From assembly GCF_006345805.1 (NCBI RefSeq), contig NC_042998.1, forward strand, positions 83,018,001-83,082,000: a stretch of 64,000 nt of DNA, given 5' to 3'. Below the pieces are notes generated by a model. The model saw nothing but the letters and a program-made list of their open reading frames with translations. It did no database searches and was not told the DNA's origin. Source of the DNA: Octopus sinensis (Eukaryota). Shown in pieces: positions 12,801 to 26,212 of the stretch. Both the position numbers and the translations under genes were made by a program. Position 1 is the first letter of the stretch; every line of letters begins with the position of its first letter.

Positions 12801-13084
12801 CACACAGGGTTGAAATGCGCTCACTACCAGTTCGCCATCACCCCTTCCTTCGTTATTCATCTATCACCCCTTCCTTTTTCATTCATATGTTGTGATGGAG
12901 AAAAACAGAAGAGTATTATTATAGCAGATGATTAACAACAATATAGCTAATTATTATATTCTAAAATTTCTCTGGAATTTTTAGGGTTTTACTCAAAACT
13001 TTTAGAATTAAAATAAATGTTAACATCCATCATTAGTTCAGATTAACCAAGAGAAAATTCTTATAAAATAGTAGCAAATATAAA

Positions 13085-13305
13085 TGTTGGCTGGTTGGGT
13101 GGCTGGCTGGCTGGTTTGTTGGGTGGCTGGCTGGTTTGTTGGCTGGCTGGCTGGCTGGCTGGTTTGTTGGCTGGCTGACTGGTTGGTTGGTAGGTTGGTT
13201 GGCTGGTTTGTTGGCTGGCTGGTTTGCTGGTTGGTTGGCTGGCTGGCTGGCTGGTTTGTTGGCTGGCTGACTGGTTGGTTGATTGATTGATTGGTTGGTT
13301 GGTTG
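13085..13305. repeat. (GGCT/GGTT)n tetranucleotide microsatellite
   Basis: directly visible. Confidence 0.95.
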
Positions 13306-13974
13306 GGCGAGTGGATGAGTGGGGTTGGCAGGTGGGTCATGCTTGAGAACTGCCTTCATACTTGTACATACGAGTGTGCATGCACACTCATACACATTAT
13401 CATCATCATCGTTATTTTACATCTTTCCATACTGGGTTGGGTAGGAGGTATATATCTATGTACATATGTTTATATATGTATATACGTATGCATATATGCT
13501 TGCATGCTTCTATGTATGTGTATGTAAGCATGCATGCATGTAAGCATGTTTGCATCTATGTATGTGTGTGAATGTATGCATGAATGCTTGTATGTATGAA
13601 TGTGTGTGTGTGTGTGTGTGTGTGCATGCACACAAAAGACAGTTAGATATTTATTAACTGATCATGTACATCAATAAACACTGGACATATTCATTCAAAA
13701 TACCAGCAGATCCAAGAACATAATGGATCCTCCTAGGATACAAACCTCAACAGTTAAACAAAGATCACCTGTTATCAGCAGCAAATGGAAAAAAAGTCAC
13801 AAAGAAAAAGTCACACTTGTGGCCAGGAAAAACTAGTCATCAGAAAAATGACACTTTAAATTTAAATGCCGTGAATAATTATAAAGAAAATAATCAGACA
13901 AGTTATATTTTCAAGATGATTATTGATTGACAATTCAAAGCATGCAACCAATGGCAACGCTATACAATGGTATT

Positions 13975-14210
13975 AAGGTGGCGAGCTGACAGAAACGTCA
14001 GCACGCCGGGCGAAATGCGTAGCCGTATTTCATCTGCCGTTACGTTCTGAGCTCAAATTCCGCCGAGGTCGACTTTGCCTTTCATCCTTTAGGGGTCGAT
14101 AAATTAAGTACCAGTTACGCACTGGGGTCGATGTAATCGACTTAATCCGTTTGTCTGTCCTTGATTGTCCTCTCTGTGTTTAGCCCCTTGTGGGTAGTAA
14201 AGAAATAGGT
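13975..14210 (+). mobile_element. Young, CpG-intact SINE family 1 copy
   Basis: aaggtggcgagctgacagaaacg...ttccgccgaggtcgactttgcctttcatcc...; opposite-orientation copies follow at about 14250-14430 and 14445-14600. Confidence 0.85.
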
Positions 14211-14769
14211 ATTAAATGGATGTGAAAAATAATCATATTTGATTAAATATTCTTTTCCACTCTCGACACAAGGCCTGAAATTTTGGGGGAGGGTGCCAGT
14301 CGATTAGATCGACCCCAGTATGCAACTGGTACTTAATTTATAAATCCCGAAGGGATGAAGGGCAAAGACAGACGAAATACTGCTAAGCATTTCGCCTGGC
14401 ATGCTAACATTTCTGCCAGCTTGCCAACTTGTATTTAATTAAATATTTATTTCTTTATTTTCCCACAGGGAGCTAAACATAGAGCAGACAAACAAGAACA
14501 GACAAGGGGATTAAGTCGATTACATCGACCCAAGTGATTAACTGGTACTTATTTAATTGGCCCTGAAAGGATGAAAGGCAAAGTTGACCTCAGCAGAATT
14601 TGTAAATAAAAGGTGAAGGCAAGATTAAGAAGCTTACTTTACAAGAAGGGCTAAAAATGTGTTTTCCATGTTATAATTGTTATCATTGTTCAACTATATA
14701 CAATCACTGTGTTCCACACATACTGCACTTGTACTGGTTCTGTGTTTAACACGCCTCTGCTGGTGCTGC

Positions 14770-14980
14770 ATAAATGCACCCATGCTGATATTATGTAAAA
14801 AGCACCCTGCACTCTTTGTTAAGTGGTTGGCATTAGAAAGGGCATCCAGCTATAGAAACCTTGCCAGATTAGATTGGAGCCTGCCAGTTCTCAGTCAAAC
14901 CACCCAAACCATGCAAGCATGGAAAGCGATGATGATGATGAGGATGATGATGATGAGGATGATGATGAGGATGATGATGG

Positions 14981-15030
<50 letters not shown>

Positions 15031-15200
15031 GTGATGATGACAATGATGGTGATGATCGAGCCATAGAAACCATGCCACAACAGACAGTTGTAGTCTGGAC
15101 AGCTCCCTGCTAGCCAGCTCCACGTCAAGCCATCCAACCCATGCCAGCAGAGAGAGCAGACGTTAAACAATGACGATGACGAGGATGATGATGATGATGT
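14770..15200 (+). mobile_element. Two RTE 3' tails with expanded (GAT)n
   Basis: gtggttggcattagaaagggcatccagc...catgcaagcatgg followed by a long GAT run; a second tail at about 15060-15200. Confidence 0.75.
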
Positions 15201-15824
15201 ATATTCATTCTAGTCTTTTTACTTGTTTCAGTCATTTGACTGCGACCATGCTGGAGCACTGCCTAGAAATGTTTTAGTCAAACAAATCAACCATGGAACT
15301 TATTTTTTATTAAGCCCGATACTTATTCTATTGGTCTCTTTTACTAATCATCATTATTTAACAGCCATGTTCCATGCTGGCATGGGCTGGATGGTTTAAT
15401 AAGATCTTTTGCACCCAAGGACACACACTGACATGCAAACACCTCATATGTACATGTGAAGGCACATGGCTTAGAAGTTAGGGTGTTGTGATTGTGAGGT
15501 TACTGACTGAAGCAAGTAAAAGATAAGAGATACAACAAGTATGCGGGGCAGGTACACCCAGTCTGACTAGACACTTCAATGTGCCCTACATATGGCGGAT
15601 TTAGAAAATCATTAACCGTAAACAAATTTTAAAAGATATAACAAAGTAGACACTTTCATGATAAAAAGAAATAGTAAGATATGGTTGAATAGATATAAAA
15701 AAAGAATTAAAAACACACTTCAGATAACAAAGAGTATTCAAAGAGTGTATGTTTGAATTCTGAATGACACAGAAATGATAAATAGAAAATAGTTATTTTA
15801 TAGTATAGTGCTCGTGAGCAAACA

Positions 15825-17223
15825 GTTATGCAACATGGATTTGAAATGTGGGCTGTAAATGCAAAGGACATGTGAAGGTTTGAAAGAAATGAAGCTAGTT
15901 TGCTCCTCTACAAGTGCAATGTCAGTGTGACATGCAAAGGCAGCAAGCTGGCAGAAACGTTAGCACACCAGGCAAAATGCTTGGTGGCATTTTGTCTTTC
16001 TTTACATTCTGAATTCAAATTCTGCCAAGGTCAACTCTGCCATTCATCTTTTCGGGGTTGATAAATTAAGTACTAGTTACTCACTCAGATCGATGTAATC
16101 GACTTGATCTCTTTGTCTGTCCTTGTTTGTCCCCTCTATATTTGTCCCCTTTGGGGCAATAAAGAAATAAGAAATGTTAGTACGACGGACGAAATGCTTA
16201 GCAGTATTTCGTCTGTCTTTATGTTCTGAGTTCAAATTCCGTTGAGGTCAGCATTGCCTTTCATCCTTTTGGGGTCAATAAATTAAATACCAGTTGATTA
16301 ACTGGGGTCGATCTAATCGACTTGATCCCTTTGTCTGTCCTTGTTTGTCCCCTCTATATTTGGCCCCTTTTGGGCAATAAAGAAATAAGAAACATTAGCA
16401 TGCCAGACGAAATGCTTGGTGGTATTTTGTCTGCTGCTACATTCTGAGTTCAAATTCCAACGAAGTCGACTCTGCCATTCATCCTTTCAGGGTTGATAAA
16501 TTAAGTACTAGTTACGCACTCAGATCGATGTAATCAACTTGATCCCTTTGTCTATCCTTGTTTGTCCCCTCTATATTTGTCCCCTTTTTGGGCAATAAAG
16601 AAATAAGAAATGTTAGTACGCCGGGTGAAATGATTAGCGGTATTTCGTCTGTCTTCATGTTCTGAGTTCAAATTCTGCTGAGGTCAACATTGCCTTTCAT
16701 CCTTTTGGGGTTGATAAATTAAATACCACTTGATTAACTGGGGTCAATCTAATTGACTGGCCCCCTTCCCCCAAAATTTCGGGCCTTGTGCCTAGAGTAG
16801 AAGCGAATATCAGTGTCACATGTGACAATGTGTAAATGTCTTAAGAGAAAAAACTGGGTATAAGAGACACCAGATGAAGTGAGCAAGAGAGAAGACTGCA
16901 CTGGTATGGTCATGTGATGCATAGGTATGAGGACAGCTGCATAAAGAAGTACCGATCTCAAATTGTGGAGGGAACCTGTTGAAGGTGTAGACCCAGATAG
17001 ACATGGGACAAAATGGTAAAACATAATATTCAAATGTTGAGTCTCATGGAGGTGGTGCTTAAGAAGACATGCCAAGCTGAATGAAATTGTAGTCAATGCC
17101 AGTGCCAATGACACATAAGAGACACCCATGTCAGTGGCGCATACACTCCAAAACAAAAGTGTAGAGCCTGGTGCAACTCTCCGTCTAACCCATGCCAGCA
17201 TGGAAAGCAGACGTTAAATGATT

Positions 17224-17257
<34 letters not shown>

Positions 17258-17260
17258 GGA
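15825..17260 (+). mobile_element. RTE 3' fragment split by a tetrameric SINE insertion
   Basis: RTE coding remnant (...ERNEASLL...CNVSV) stops at about 15934 and resumes at about 16810 (LREKLG...LHWYGHV); GAT tail near 17220. Confidence 0.75.
15937..16809 (+). mobile_element. Head-to-tail tetramer of SINE family 1
   Basis: units start near 15937, 16170, 16388 and 16606; flanked by tcagtgtgacatg / tcagtgtcacatg. Confidence 0.85.
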
Positions 17261-17954
17261 TGGTAATGATTACTAGATAATACTTTCTGTGTAAAAAAAA
17301 GCCCACCCAACTGATGTTACTATGCTTTAATAAAACCCATTATAATAATCCATGATTGCATGTATATCCATATATAAATCCATAATTATATACATATATA
17401 TATATTGTAGAACATCTGTTGTGTTTCCAGAATGTGTGGGTTTGCATCACACAGGCAGTCTTTGTGTTATTCTATCCAAATTACCAATATTTACATGCTA
17501 TTATTTATAGCTGTATCTGCTCCAAGTTTCAACATTCTAAAACACAATTGTATGTATGTATGCATGTATGTATGAATGTATGCATGTATGTATATTATCA
17601 TCTTCATCACCATCACCGTTTAATGTCTGTTTTCCGTGCTGACATAGGTTAGACAGTTTGACTGAGGTCTAGAAAGCCAGTGGCTGTGCCAGGCTCCAAT
17701 CTGACCTGGCAATGTTTCTACAGCTGGATGCCCTTCCTAATGCAAACCACTCCAAGAGTGTAGGGGGTGCTTTTTATGTGCCACCAGCACAGGAGCCAGT
17801 CAAGGTGGTCTTGGCATTGGCCATGTTCAAATGGTGCATTTTACATGCCACCAGAACAGGAACCAAAAGATATATATATATATATATCTTGATAGAAATG
17901 GTAAGACAACAAAAGAATGAAAGGGACCTCAATATTAGGTAAATAGAGGAATTT

Positions 17955-18184
17955 ATCTGTAAATATAAGATGTGACAATTATTCGGTGGCCATGATAAAA
18001 CTCTGGGTTTCGGATGTTGGGGCAGAAACCCACACTGCCATCTCTTCAGTTATCAGGCTATCAAAAAAAATGCATTTTTTTCGATGGCCTGATAACTGAA
18101 GAGATGACAGTGTGGGTTTCCACCCCGACATCCAAAACTCAGTTTTATCATGGCCACTGAATAATTGTCACATATTATATTTAC

Positions 18185-18188
<4 letters not shown>
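17955..18188. mobile_element. Palindromic Penelope-LTR-like repeat with a hammerhead-like motif in each arm
   Basis: arms mirror around aaaaaaaatgcattttttt (about 18072); minus strand of the left arm reads gataa-CTGAAGA-gatg...catc-c-GAAAC-ccaga-GTT-ttatc. Confidence 0.7.
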
Positions 18189-18274
<86 letters not shown>

Positions 18275-18299
18275 ATACGTATGTATATATATACACTAC

Positions 18300-18343
<44 letters not shown>

Positions 18344-18799
18344 GGTATGTTCACATGTATTTGTGGTGTGTACATGTATATATGGTGTGAAGGCATGTGG
18401 GTCAGCGGTTAGAGCATCGGGCTTACAATCAATAGGTAGTGAGTTCAAATCTTGGACCAGGCTGTGAGTTGTGTTCTTCAGTAAAACACTTTAGTTCACT
18501 CAGCTGCAGAAATGAGTTGTGACATCATTGGTGCCAAATTGTATCAGCCTTTGCTGTTCCCTTGGATAACATCAGTAGCAAGGAGAGAGGAAGCTGGTAA
18601 TGCATGGGCAACTGCTAGTCTTCCATAAACAACCTTGCAATCTCATGGTCATTCATGACCAAAGGAGGTTTTTACCCTGTATTGTGTGTTCACATATATT
18701 TATCAACAATAAGAAAAAAACTTTTCCATGACAAAATACAGTGAATGGCTTTCTTACAAGTTTGAATATGCTTCAAGCATATTTGAATTGATACACACA

Positions 18800-19070
18800 C
18801 ACACATAAATACATGCATACTTACATTCATACATACATACATACATACATACATACATACATACATACATACATACATACACACATACATACACACACAC
18901 ATACATACATACACACATACATACATACATACATACATACATACATACACACATACATACATACATACATACATACACACATACACACACACACATACAT
19001 ACACACATACACACATACATACATACATACATACATATACATACATACATACATACATACATACATACAT
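18800..19070. repeat. (ACAT)n/(AC)n microsatellite
   Basis: directly visible. Confidence 0.95.
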
Positions 19071-19389
19071 TCATTCATGCATGCATGCATGCTTTTGAAT
19101 ACAGAACTAGTACATTTCTAAATCTCTCAGAGAGATTTATGCAGTAGCAGCACGATAAAGTGATAGTATGCCCACTTTGAAAACATAAGGACACAGGAAG
19201 TGCATCAAGTCCAACAGGAAACAGTGTTTCCTAGGGCTAAATAACAGTAGTATTCTTCCCTTTCATGGGACTGTCACATTAAGTTGACAACATACTATCA
19301 CTTTATGCCTTTGAATGTTGCATTATATATCTTCAGCAACATTTTTTAACCACCGAGTGTCGAAGTGCATCCCTTGAAAAAGTTTGCAT

Positions 19390-19727
19390 ACATAAGGCTG
19401 ATAGCATCATAATACTTGGAAGGCAGCTCCTTGAGCAACAGTCTTTGTAGATAACCTAGAATACAAGCCCAATGAAGTCACACATTTCTGCCACAACATA
19501 ACATCAGATAAAAGGATGAGTCTATATGAGCAGAAGAGTATGCATGGATATGTTAGTAGAAAGCTCTGTGATGATAGTAACATCGACCATCAAAGCAGTT
19601 TATCGTGGACAAATAGCCAGATTACTACCTCCCACTTTGAAGGGTATCATCATCATCATTTAGCGTCCGTCTTCCATGCTAGCATGGGTTGGCGTCTGCA
19701 ATCCAGGAATAGGAAATATCAACCAAG
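19390..19727 (+). mobile_element. R4/Dong-like LINE fragment interrupted by an inverted RTE tail scrap
   Basis: EQKSMHGY...IDHQSSLSW...HFEG [insertion 19646-19692] AIQE*EISTK resembles the KxxHGxY...ETEGF..AIQDQ.I.T motif. Confidence 0.6.
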
Positions 19728-19927
19728 TAAAATTATTGGATATACCAATGTACATATTAAACGCATTCCTGGTGCTGGTATGTAAATATTAAAGACTTGT
19801 AGGCACGTGGAATTTTGTACCAGTCCCAGAAATGCATTTAATATGTAAATTGGTATAACCAATAATTTTACACCGTTATATGCAGTGGCTATATAAACAA
19901 TGTGTTCAGAGGAAAGAGTGAGTTAGA

Positions 19928-19977
19928 TGAGTACTGATGAAGGTACAAAAACCCCTGAAATATGGTATATACACTCA
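19928..19977 (+). ncRNA. Hammerhead ribozyme motif (type I, minimal) with intact core
   Basis: gagta-CTGATGA-agg-tacaaaaacc-cct-GAAA-ta-tgg-ta-TA-tac(ac)tc. Confidence 0.55.
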
Positions 19978-21343
19978 TTACCCATTTTTGTCTCCAATCT
20001 CATTGTTTGTTTACGTCTGCCATCTCAATATGAAACATTGTAGCAAAAAATAGTGCTGGCTATAATTTCTGTAGAAATAACCAGAACAAAATTATCATAA
20101 ATATATTTAAATCAGCTGAAATAAATGTTCCTGGCTGTAAGAATTGACTTTTATTGAATTTTATATATTCAAATATTATGAAAAGAAAACTGTTTGTCAC
20201 CCAGACATTTCACAATTGCATTTTAGATGTTCATAAGTTTAATTGATGTGCAATATATAAATATTTTCAAAGAATTCCTCAGTGGAGAAAGTTTTGTATC
20301 GGTTTGAATACATTCATTTTAGCACTAATGGATTCTCAGTCAATTACGATAATGTGCATTCACTTGTGATCAACAGAACGTCTGACATGTCAAATTAATG
20401 AGTAAATGGCAGAGTATTTCACAGATATATACACCATTAATTTAATTTATAATATAATTAACACAATTTATAAATTGACTACATGATGAGGCTGGACATT
20501 TGAACTACAGGTACACTTCATCTGATGAGCTTCACAAAGTTTCTGTCTACCTAATACCACTTACAAAGCCTGGGAGCCACCTGAGACTATGGTAAAGACA
20601 CCTGTCCTAAGACACCAAAAGGGGGGATCAACCCCCACAGTCTCATGATTGTAAAGTAAATTGTTTAACCATTCAGCGACATCTGCATCCAACTTCTCTC
20701 TTTGTAACAATACTATGTTTCCACAATAGTACACTAGACATTTTGTTGCTATAAGCTGTATAGGAATATTGCTGTATGTTTACACCTTTGATCAAATATA
20801 TTCTAAATGGTATTGATTATAGCAAAACTAGTTCCACTTGAAAAGAATGCAAGATGAGTCACTTCTGCTTCTGTGAGGCATCAACCATTTAACCAAAAGA
20901 TCATCCTCTTCCTCTTCCTCATTATCATCATCATCGCTGTTTTAATGTCCACTTTTCAATGCTTGCATGGTTTGCACAGAATTTCTTGATGCAGGTTTTC
21001 TAGTCAGATGTCCTTCTTGTCACCACACCTCAACTCTCTAAGAAAGGTAATATTTCCCCATGACCAGACATGTTTTCATGAGAGATTGGAAACCAGAGAA
21101 CCCTGCTTGCAAGATGATGGCACTTGCTTACATCTATCATGCAATATCAAGGCAAGGAGACAGTAACACACACACACACACATGACCGGCTTCTTTCAGT
21201 TTCTGTTTACCAAATCCATTCACAAGGCTTTGGTCAACCCAAAGATATAGTAGAAGACACTTGCCCAAGGTGTCAGGCAGTGGGAATGAACCTGGAACCA
21301 TGTGGCTGGGAAGCAAGCTTCTTACCAACAGACACTCTTGTGC

Positions 21344-21391
<48 letters not shown>

Positions 21392-24370
21392 CAGAGATAC
21401 CCAGCATTGCCCATGTTACATGCAATTGAAGAATTAGACTTTTCTGTTATATTTTCTGTAATGAACTGGAATACCTATGATTCGAATTTCATCAAAATTG
21501 CAGATGAGGGTTATTTCCCTCTTTACACACCCTAAAAGAAGTTTTGGTCAAACCAGAGTTACAGTTGAAGATACTCGCCCAAAGTGCCACACACCGTGGG
21601 TATTGAACTTGATACCATGTAATTGGGAAGTAAATTTCCTACTTCATAGCTACACCTGCATGTATAATGGTTCATATAAATTCACTGATTCTGTGTTGTT
21701 CTCCTGACAGTAATAGACCTGTCCACAATTCTTATTATCATTTTTGTTTAGTCCAAACAATAATGCTAGTGCTCATATTGCCTGCAGGCCCTTTTAGCAG
21801 AAGTTATATAAGAGCTGATGTCAGAGATGTGGTTTTATATAACGTCTTATTTCCATTAATATTTTTACTAAAGAACTAAAGAATAACAGCTCTCGGGTAA
21901 ATGCTCAATGGATCGATAAATATGATTACAGTGCAGTTAAGATAAATGAACAGCGTTTCACGATGTACTATAAAATAAAACGATTTAAACATTCTTTGTA
22001 AGGAAAATGAATTTATATCAACATAAATGCCTGCTTCATAGAGTGAGTACATTTTTGAGGAAAAATAGTATTTAGCTGTAATGTTGATGGCTGAGCTAGC
22101 CTAACCTAAGCCAGGCAGCATGGCTTTTTATAGTGTCACTCGACTTACATGTTATCTCTTCAATTATAAGATGCAGCAACCTGATTAACAATCATTTTTT
22201 ACCAAAAACTTTGTTGTTACAAATAAACTTGGTTTTGTTTACATCATAGCCTTAGGTAATATTCAGTGTGATGAAGGCACCAAGTAACAAAAAACGTTAG
22301 CATGCTAGATGAAATGCTTGGCAGTATTTCGTCTGTCTACATTCTGACTTCAAATTCCGCCAAGGTCAACGATGTTTTTCATCCTTTCGGGGTCGATAAA
22401 TTAAGTACCAGTTGCATACTGGGGTCGATCTAATCGACTGGGCTTTGTGCCTAGAGTAGAAAAGGATATTCAGTATGACGTCCTACCAAAGCATGTGTGT
22501 GAAATTACTGCTGCATGGATTATCCAGGAACAAGGTGTTTGTTGAGCTCAGTTTTATGATTGGATCCAACACCAACACCAACAGAGTCAATACTTTCACC
22601 AAATTTGGCAGATGTTCAATTCTCATTTGAAACAAACAACCCAGTCTTCTATACATTTCCACATTATAAATTAGTAATGTAGCGAGGTATAGTTAACTTC
22701 TATACAAAACCTATGACACACTGGTATCCTATTCGAACGATGATGTAGTTAAATTATTTCTTTGATAGTTAGATTTCAAAGTTCATCATCATAATCATCA
22801 TCATCATCGTTTAACGCCTGATAAATTATAAAGAGAACACTACGGAGAAATTGTAATATTTATAGTCTATTTCGAGTCTATTAGAGAAAGAAACATTCGT
22901 TAAATCAGTAATGATGAATAATGTCATTAATAATATACTAAATACTGCTTTAAATAGTCAGTGACTAACACTTTCATTTGTTCATGATTTAGCTTGTTTA
23001 ATTTGCATAAATTTGAATTTGAATTTTATTCTTTCAGAATTTTATGTTTCCATTTAAAAGAGTAAATTTTCATAATATATCATATCAATATGATAAAATT
23101 GCATAACTGAATCATTAAGATGTTTGCTTTGAATCATGAGACCCTAGGTTCAGTTCCTTGTGTGGCATTTAGGCGAGTGTCATTTTCTTTATTTTTTATT
23201 ACTTCACATCATCCCATATTTTGTCAGTGAGATTGGATTGATGGGAACTGTATAGAACTACGCCATCAGAATGACTGATGCTGTTTCAGGGTGATTCTGC
23301 TTAAGAATTACATTAAGAGTACATGTGTCTATGTATCCTTAATGTAATTTTTAATGCAAGGATCATACCAATGCAATGACCCTGTTAGACCAATTGATCA
23401 AGCAACTGAAAACAAATGGGTGAATATTCTGAAAACCATTTATCATGTCAGGTGAAACAAACATCTTTAAATCTATATTCAAATAAATATCTATGGTTTA
23501 TATATATATATATATGAGCAAAACGCCCCCCTCCCGTCCAATGGATGGTGCTGAGTTGTCAAACATTTAAACCAAATTTTCTCAAAACAACTTGTCTAAC
23601 CGTCACATAGGCCTCCCCTTTGAGAAACACTGATTTAACCTAAATTTGAGACACCAGCAAAAGAAGAAATAAAGATAGACTTTTTTCCATTCCAAAGAAA
23701 AACGATTTTATTCACACAAATATGCAACCGAAGAGTTTAAAGTACCAGTAATGATAAGGCTGTTGACTGGGAGAACACAGACATGGTTTAAACAGTAAGC
23801 TTGGCAGGAAAGAATGGGCCTTTAAGCAGTACAAAAACAACAAAAAATGGAAGGTGCTGTTATGTACAGGTTGACGAAAGAAAAGCAGGACAACAATGAT
23901 GCATGCATATGGGTTAGCTGGAGGTAAATCTAGATGGAAAAGCATGATGAATTTATGAGAACATACCTGGGACAATAATAATTTTATCCGATAAAACATG
24001 TAGGAAATCAACTTGGGGCGATTTTTGATGAAAAGCAACAAGCTAGGGAACTAAGTAACTAATTTTAAGCTAACTTACTTTACGGGGTGTTCAAGGGCAT
24101 GGAAAAGCTAGTAGAGTGCAGCCTTGTAAACCACATTCCTGACGTACTTACGCGTACAAATGCACATTCCCACAGTTTCGTCGATCGCATTCTCACCAGG
24201 AATCGATTTTTGTAAATTTTTCAAGACTTATAGATGCCCTGATACCATCGGTATCCACATATCAAATTTGAGTGCAATTGAATGGAGGGTTTCCATGATC
24301 CTAGAAGCCACACACACACACAGAACGGATTTTATATAAGAGAATATATATATTTATATTTATATCTATC

Positions 24371-26153
24371 CTCATCATCGTTTAACGTCCGCTTTCCATG
24401 CTAGCATAGGTTGGACAATTTTGACTGAGGGCAGGCAAACCAGATGGCTGCACCAGGCTCCAATCTTGATCTGGCAGAGTTTCTACAGCTGGATGCCCTT
24501 CCTAACACCAACCACTCAGAGAGTGTAGTGGGTGCTTTTTACATGCCACCGGCACGGGGACCGGTCAGACGGTACTGGCAATGACCTTACTTGAATCTTT
24601 TTACACGTGTGACGTTGGTAACGATTACACTAAAATGGTGCCCTTTTATGTGCCACCGGCACGGAAGCCAGTTGGCTGCTCTGGCAACGATCACGCTTGG
24701 ATGGTGCTCTTGGCACCCTACTAGCACGGGTACAAGTGCCAGTAAGGGGATGCTGGTAACGATCACGCTTGAACGGTGCCACTGGCACGGAAGCCAGTTA
24801 GCCACTCTGTCAAATGATCACACTTGTATGGTGCTCTTTGCACCCTGCTAGCACAGATGCCAGTCATCGAATTTCATGTTGATTTCACTTGCCTCAACAG
24901 GTCTTCGCAAGCAGAGTTTAGTGACCAAAGAAGGAAAAGGTATGCTTAAGCAGACTGGTTACAATCTTGGCATAGGCCACAGGTTATGGTCTCATTTGGC
25001 TTGCCAGGTTTCTCAAGCACAGCATATTTCCAAAAGTCTCAGTCACTAATCATTTGCTTGGTGAGACCTAATGTTCGAAGGTTGTGCTTCACTACCTCAT
25101 CCCAGATCTTCCTGGGTCTACCTTTTCCACAGGTTCCCTCAACCGCTAAGGTGTGGCACTTTTTCACACAGCTATCCTCATCCGTTCTCACCACATGACC
25201 ATACCAGCGCAGTCGTCTCTCTTGCACACCACATCTAATGCTTTTTAGGTCCAACTTTGCTTTCAAGGTACTTACACTCTGTCACGTATGCACACTGACA
25301 TTTCACATCCATCGGATCATACTGGCTTCCTTCCTTGTAAGCTTATGCATGTCCTCAGCAGCCACGGCCCATGTTTCACTGCCATGTAACATGGCTGTTC
25401 GTACACAAGCGTCATACAGTCTACATTTTACTCTGAGTGAGAGGCCCTTTGTCACCAGCAGAGGTAAGAGCTCTCTGAACTTTGCCCAAGCTATTCTTAT
25501 TCTAGCAGCTACACTTTCAGCACACCCTCTTCTGCTACTGACTTGGTCACCTAGGTAACGGAAGATATCAACTAATTCTAATTTTTCTCCCAGGAATGTG
25601 GCGGAAGTTGGTCTCTGCGCATTTTCAGTGTTTATTGCTCCCGAGCATCTGCCATATACAAAAACTATCTTGCCAGTTAGCCTTCCTTTGATATTACTGC
25701 ACCTCTTATGTGTCCATAGCTTACACTGGGTACATCTTATAGAGTTTCTACCTATGTTTTTTCTACAGATCGAGCAGGGCCAACTACCTGAAAGGATTTG
25801 TGGTATGCCTGCCTTCCTACTTATTAGAACTTTGGTTTTAGCTAGAAGGCCCTTTGATTCTAATCCTTGTTTCCACACCTGAAACTTCTCTTCTAGTTCT
25901 GATAGTGACTCAGCAATTAGAGCAATGTCATCAGCATAGAGGAGCTGTCAGGGGCATCCTGTCTTGAATTCCTCTGTTATTGCCTGGAGGACTATGATAA
26001 ATAGGAGGTGGCAAAGGACTGAACCTTGGTGGACTCCTACCTCTACCCTGAATTCTTCAGTGTACTCGTTGCCAACCCTCACCTTACTGACAGTGTCCTT
26101 GTGCATGGCTTGCACAGCTCTCACTAACCATTCATCTATCCCTAGTTTCCTCA
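24371..26153 (-). mobile_element. 5'-truncated RTE LINE (RT C-terminal half, PHD-like insert, 3'UTR array, GAT tail)
   Basis: VGVHQGSVLCHLLF, LLYADDIAL, FRYLG, AMLHGSETW and LRWYGHV in ORFs 25948-26295, 25303-25878 and 25039-25266; frameshifted. Confidence 0.92.
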
Positions 26154-26178
26154 TGTACGTATGTATGTATGTGTGTGC

Positions 26179-26212
<34 letters not shown>

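Noticed and set aside
14677-15170. Poly-Asp/Met/His ORFs (also 51503-51969, 55035-55283)
   Set aside because: (GAT)n LINE tails and trinucleotide repeats
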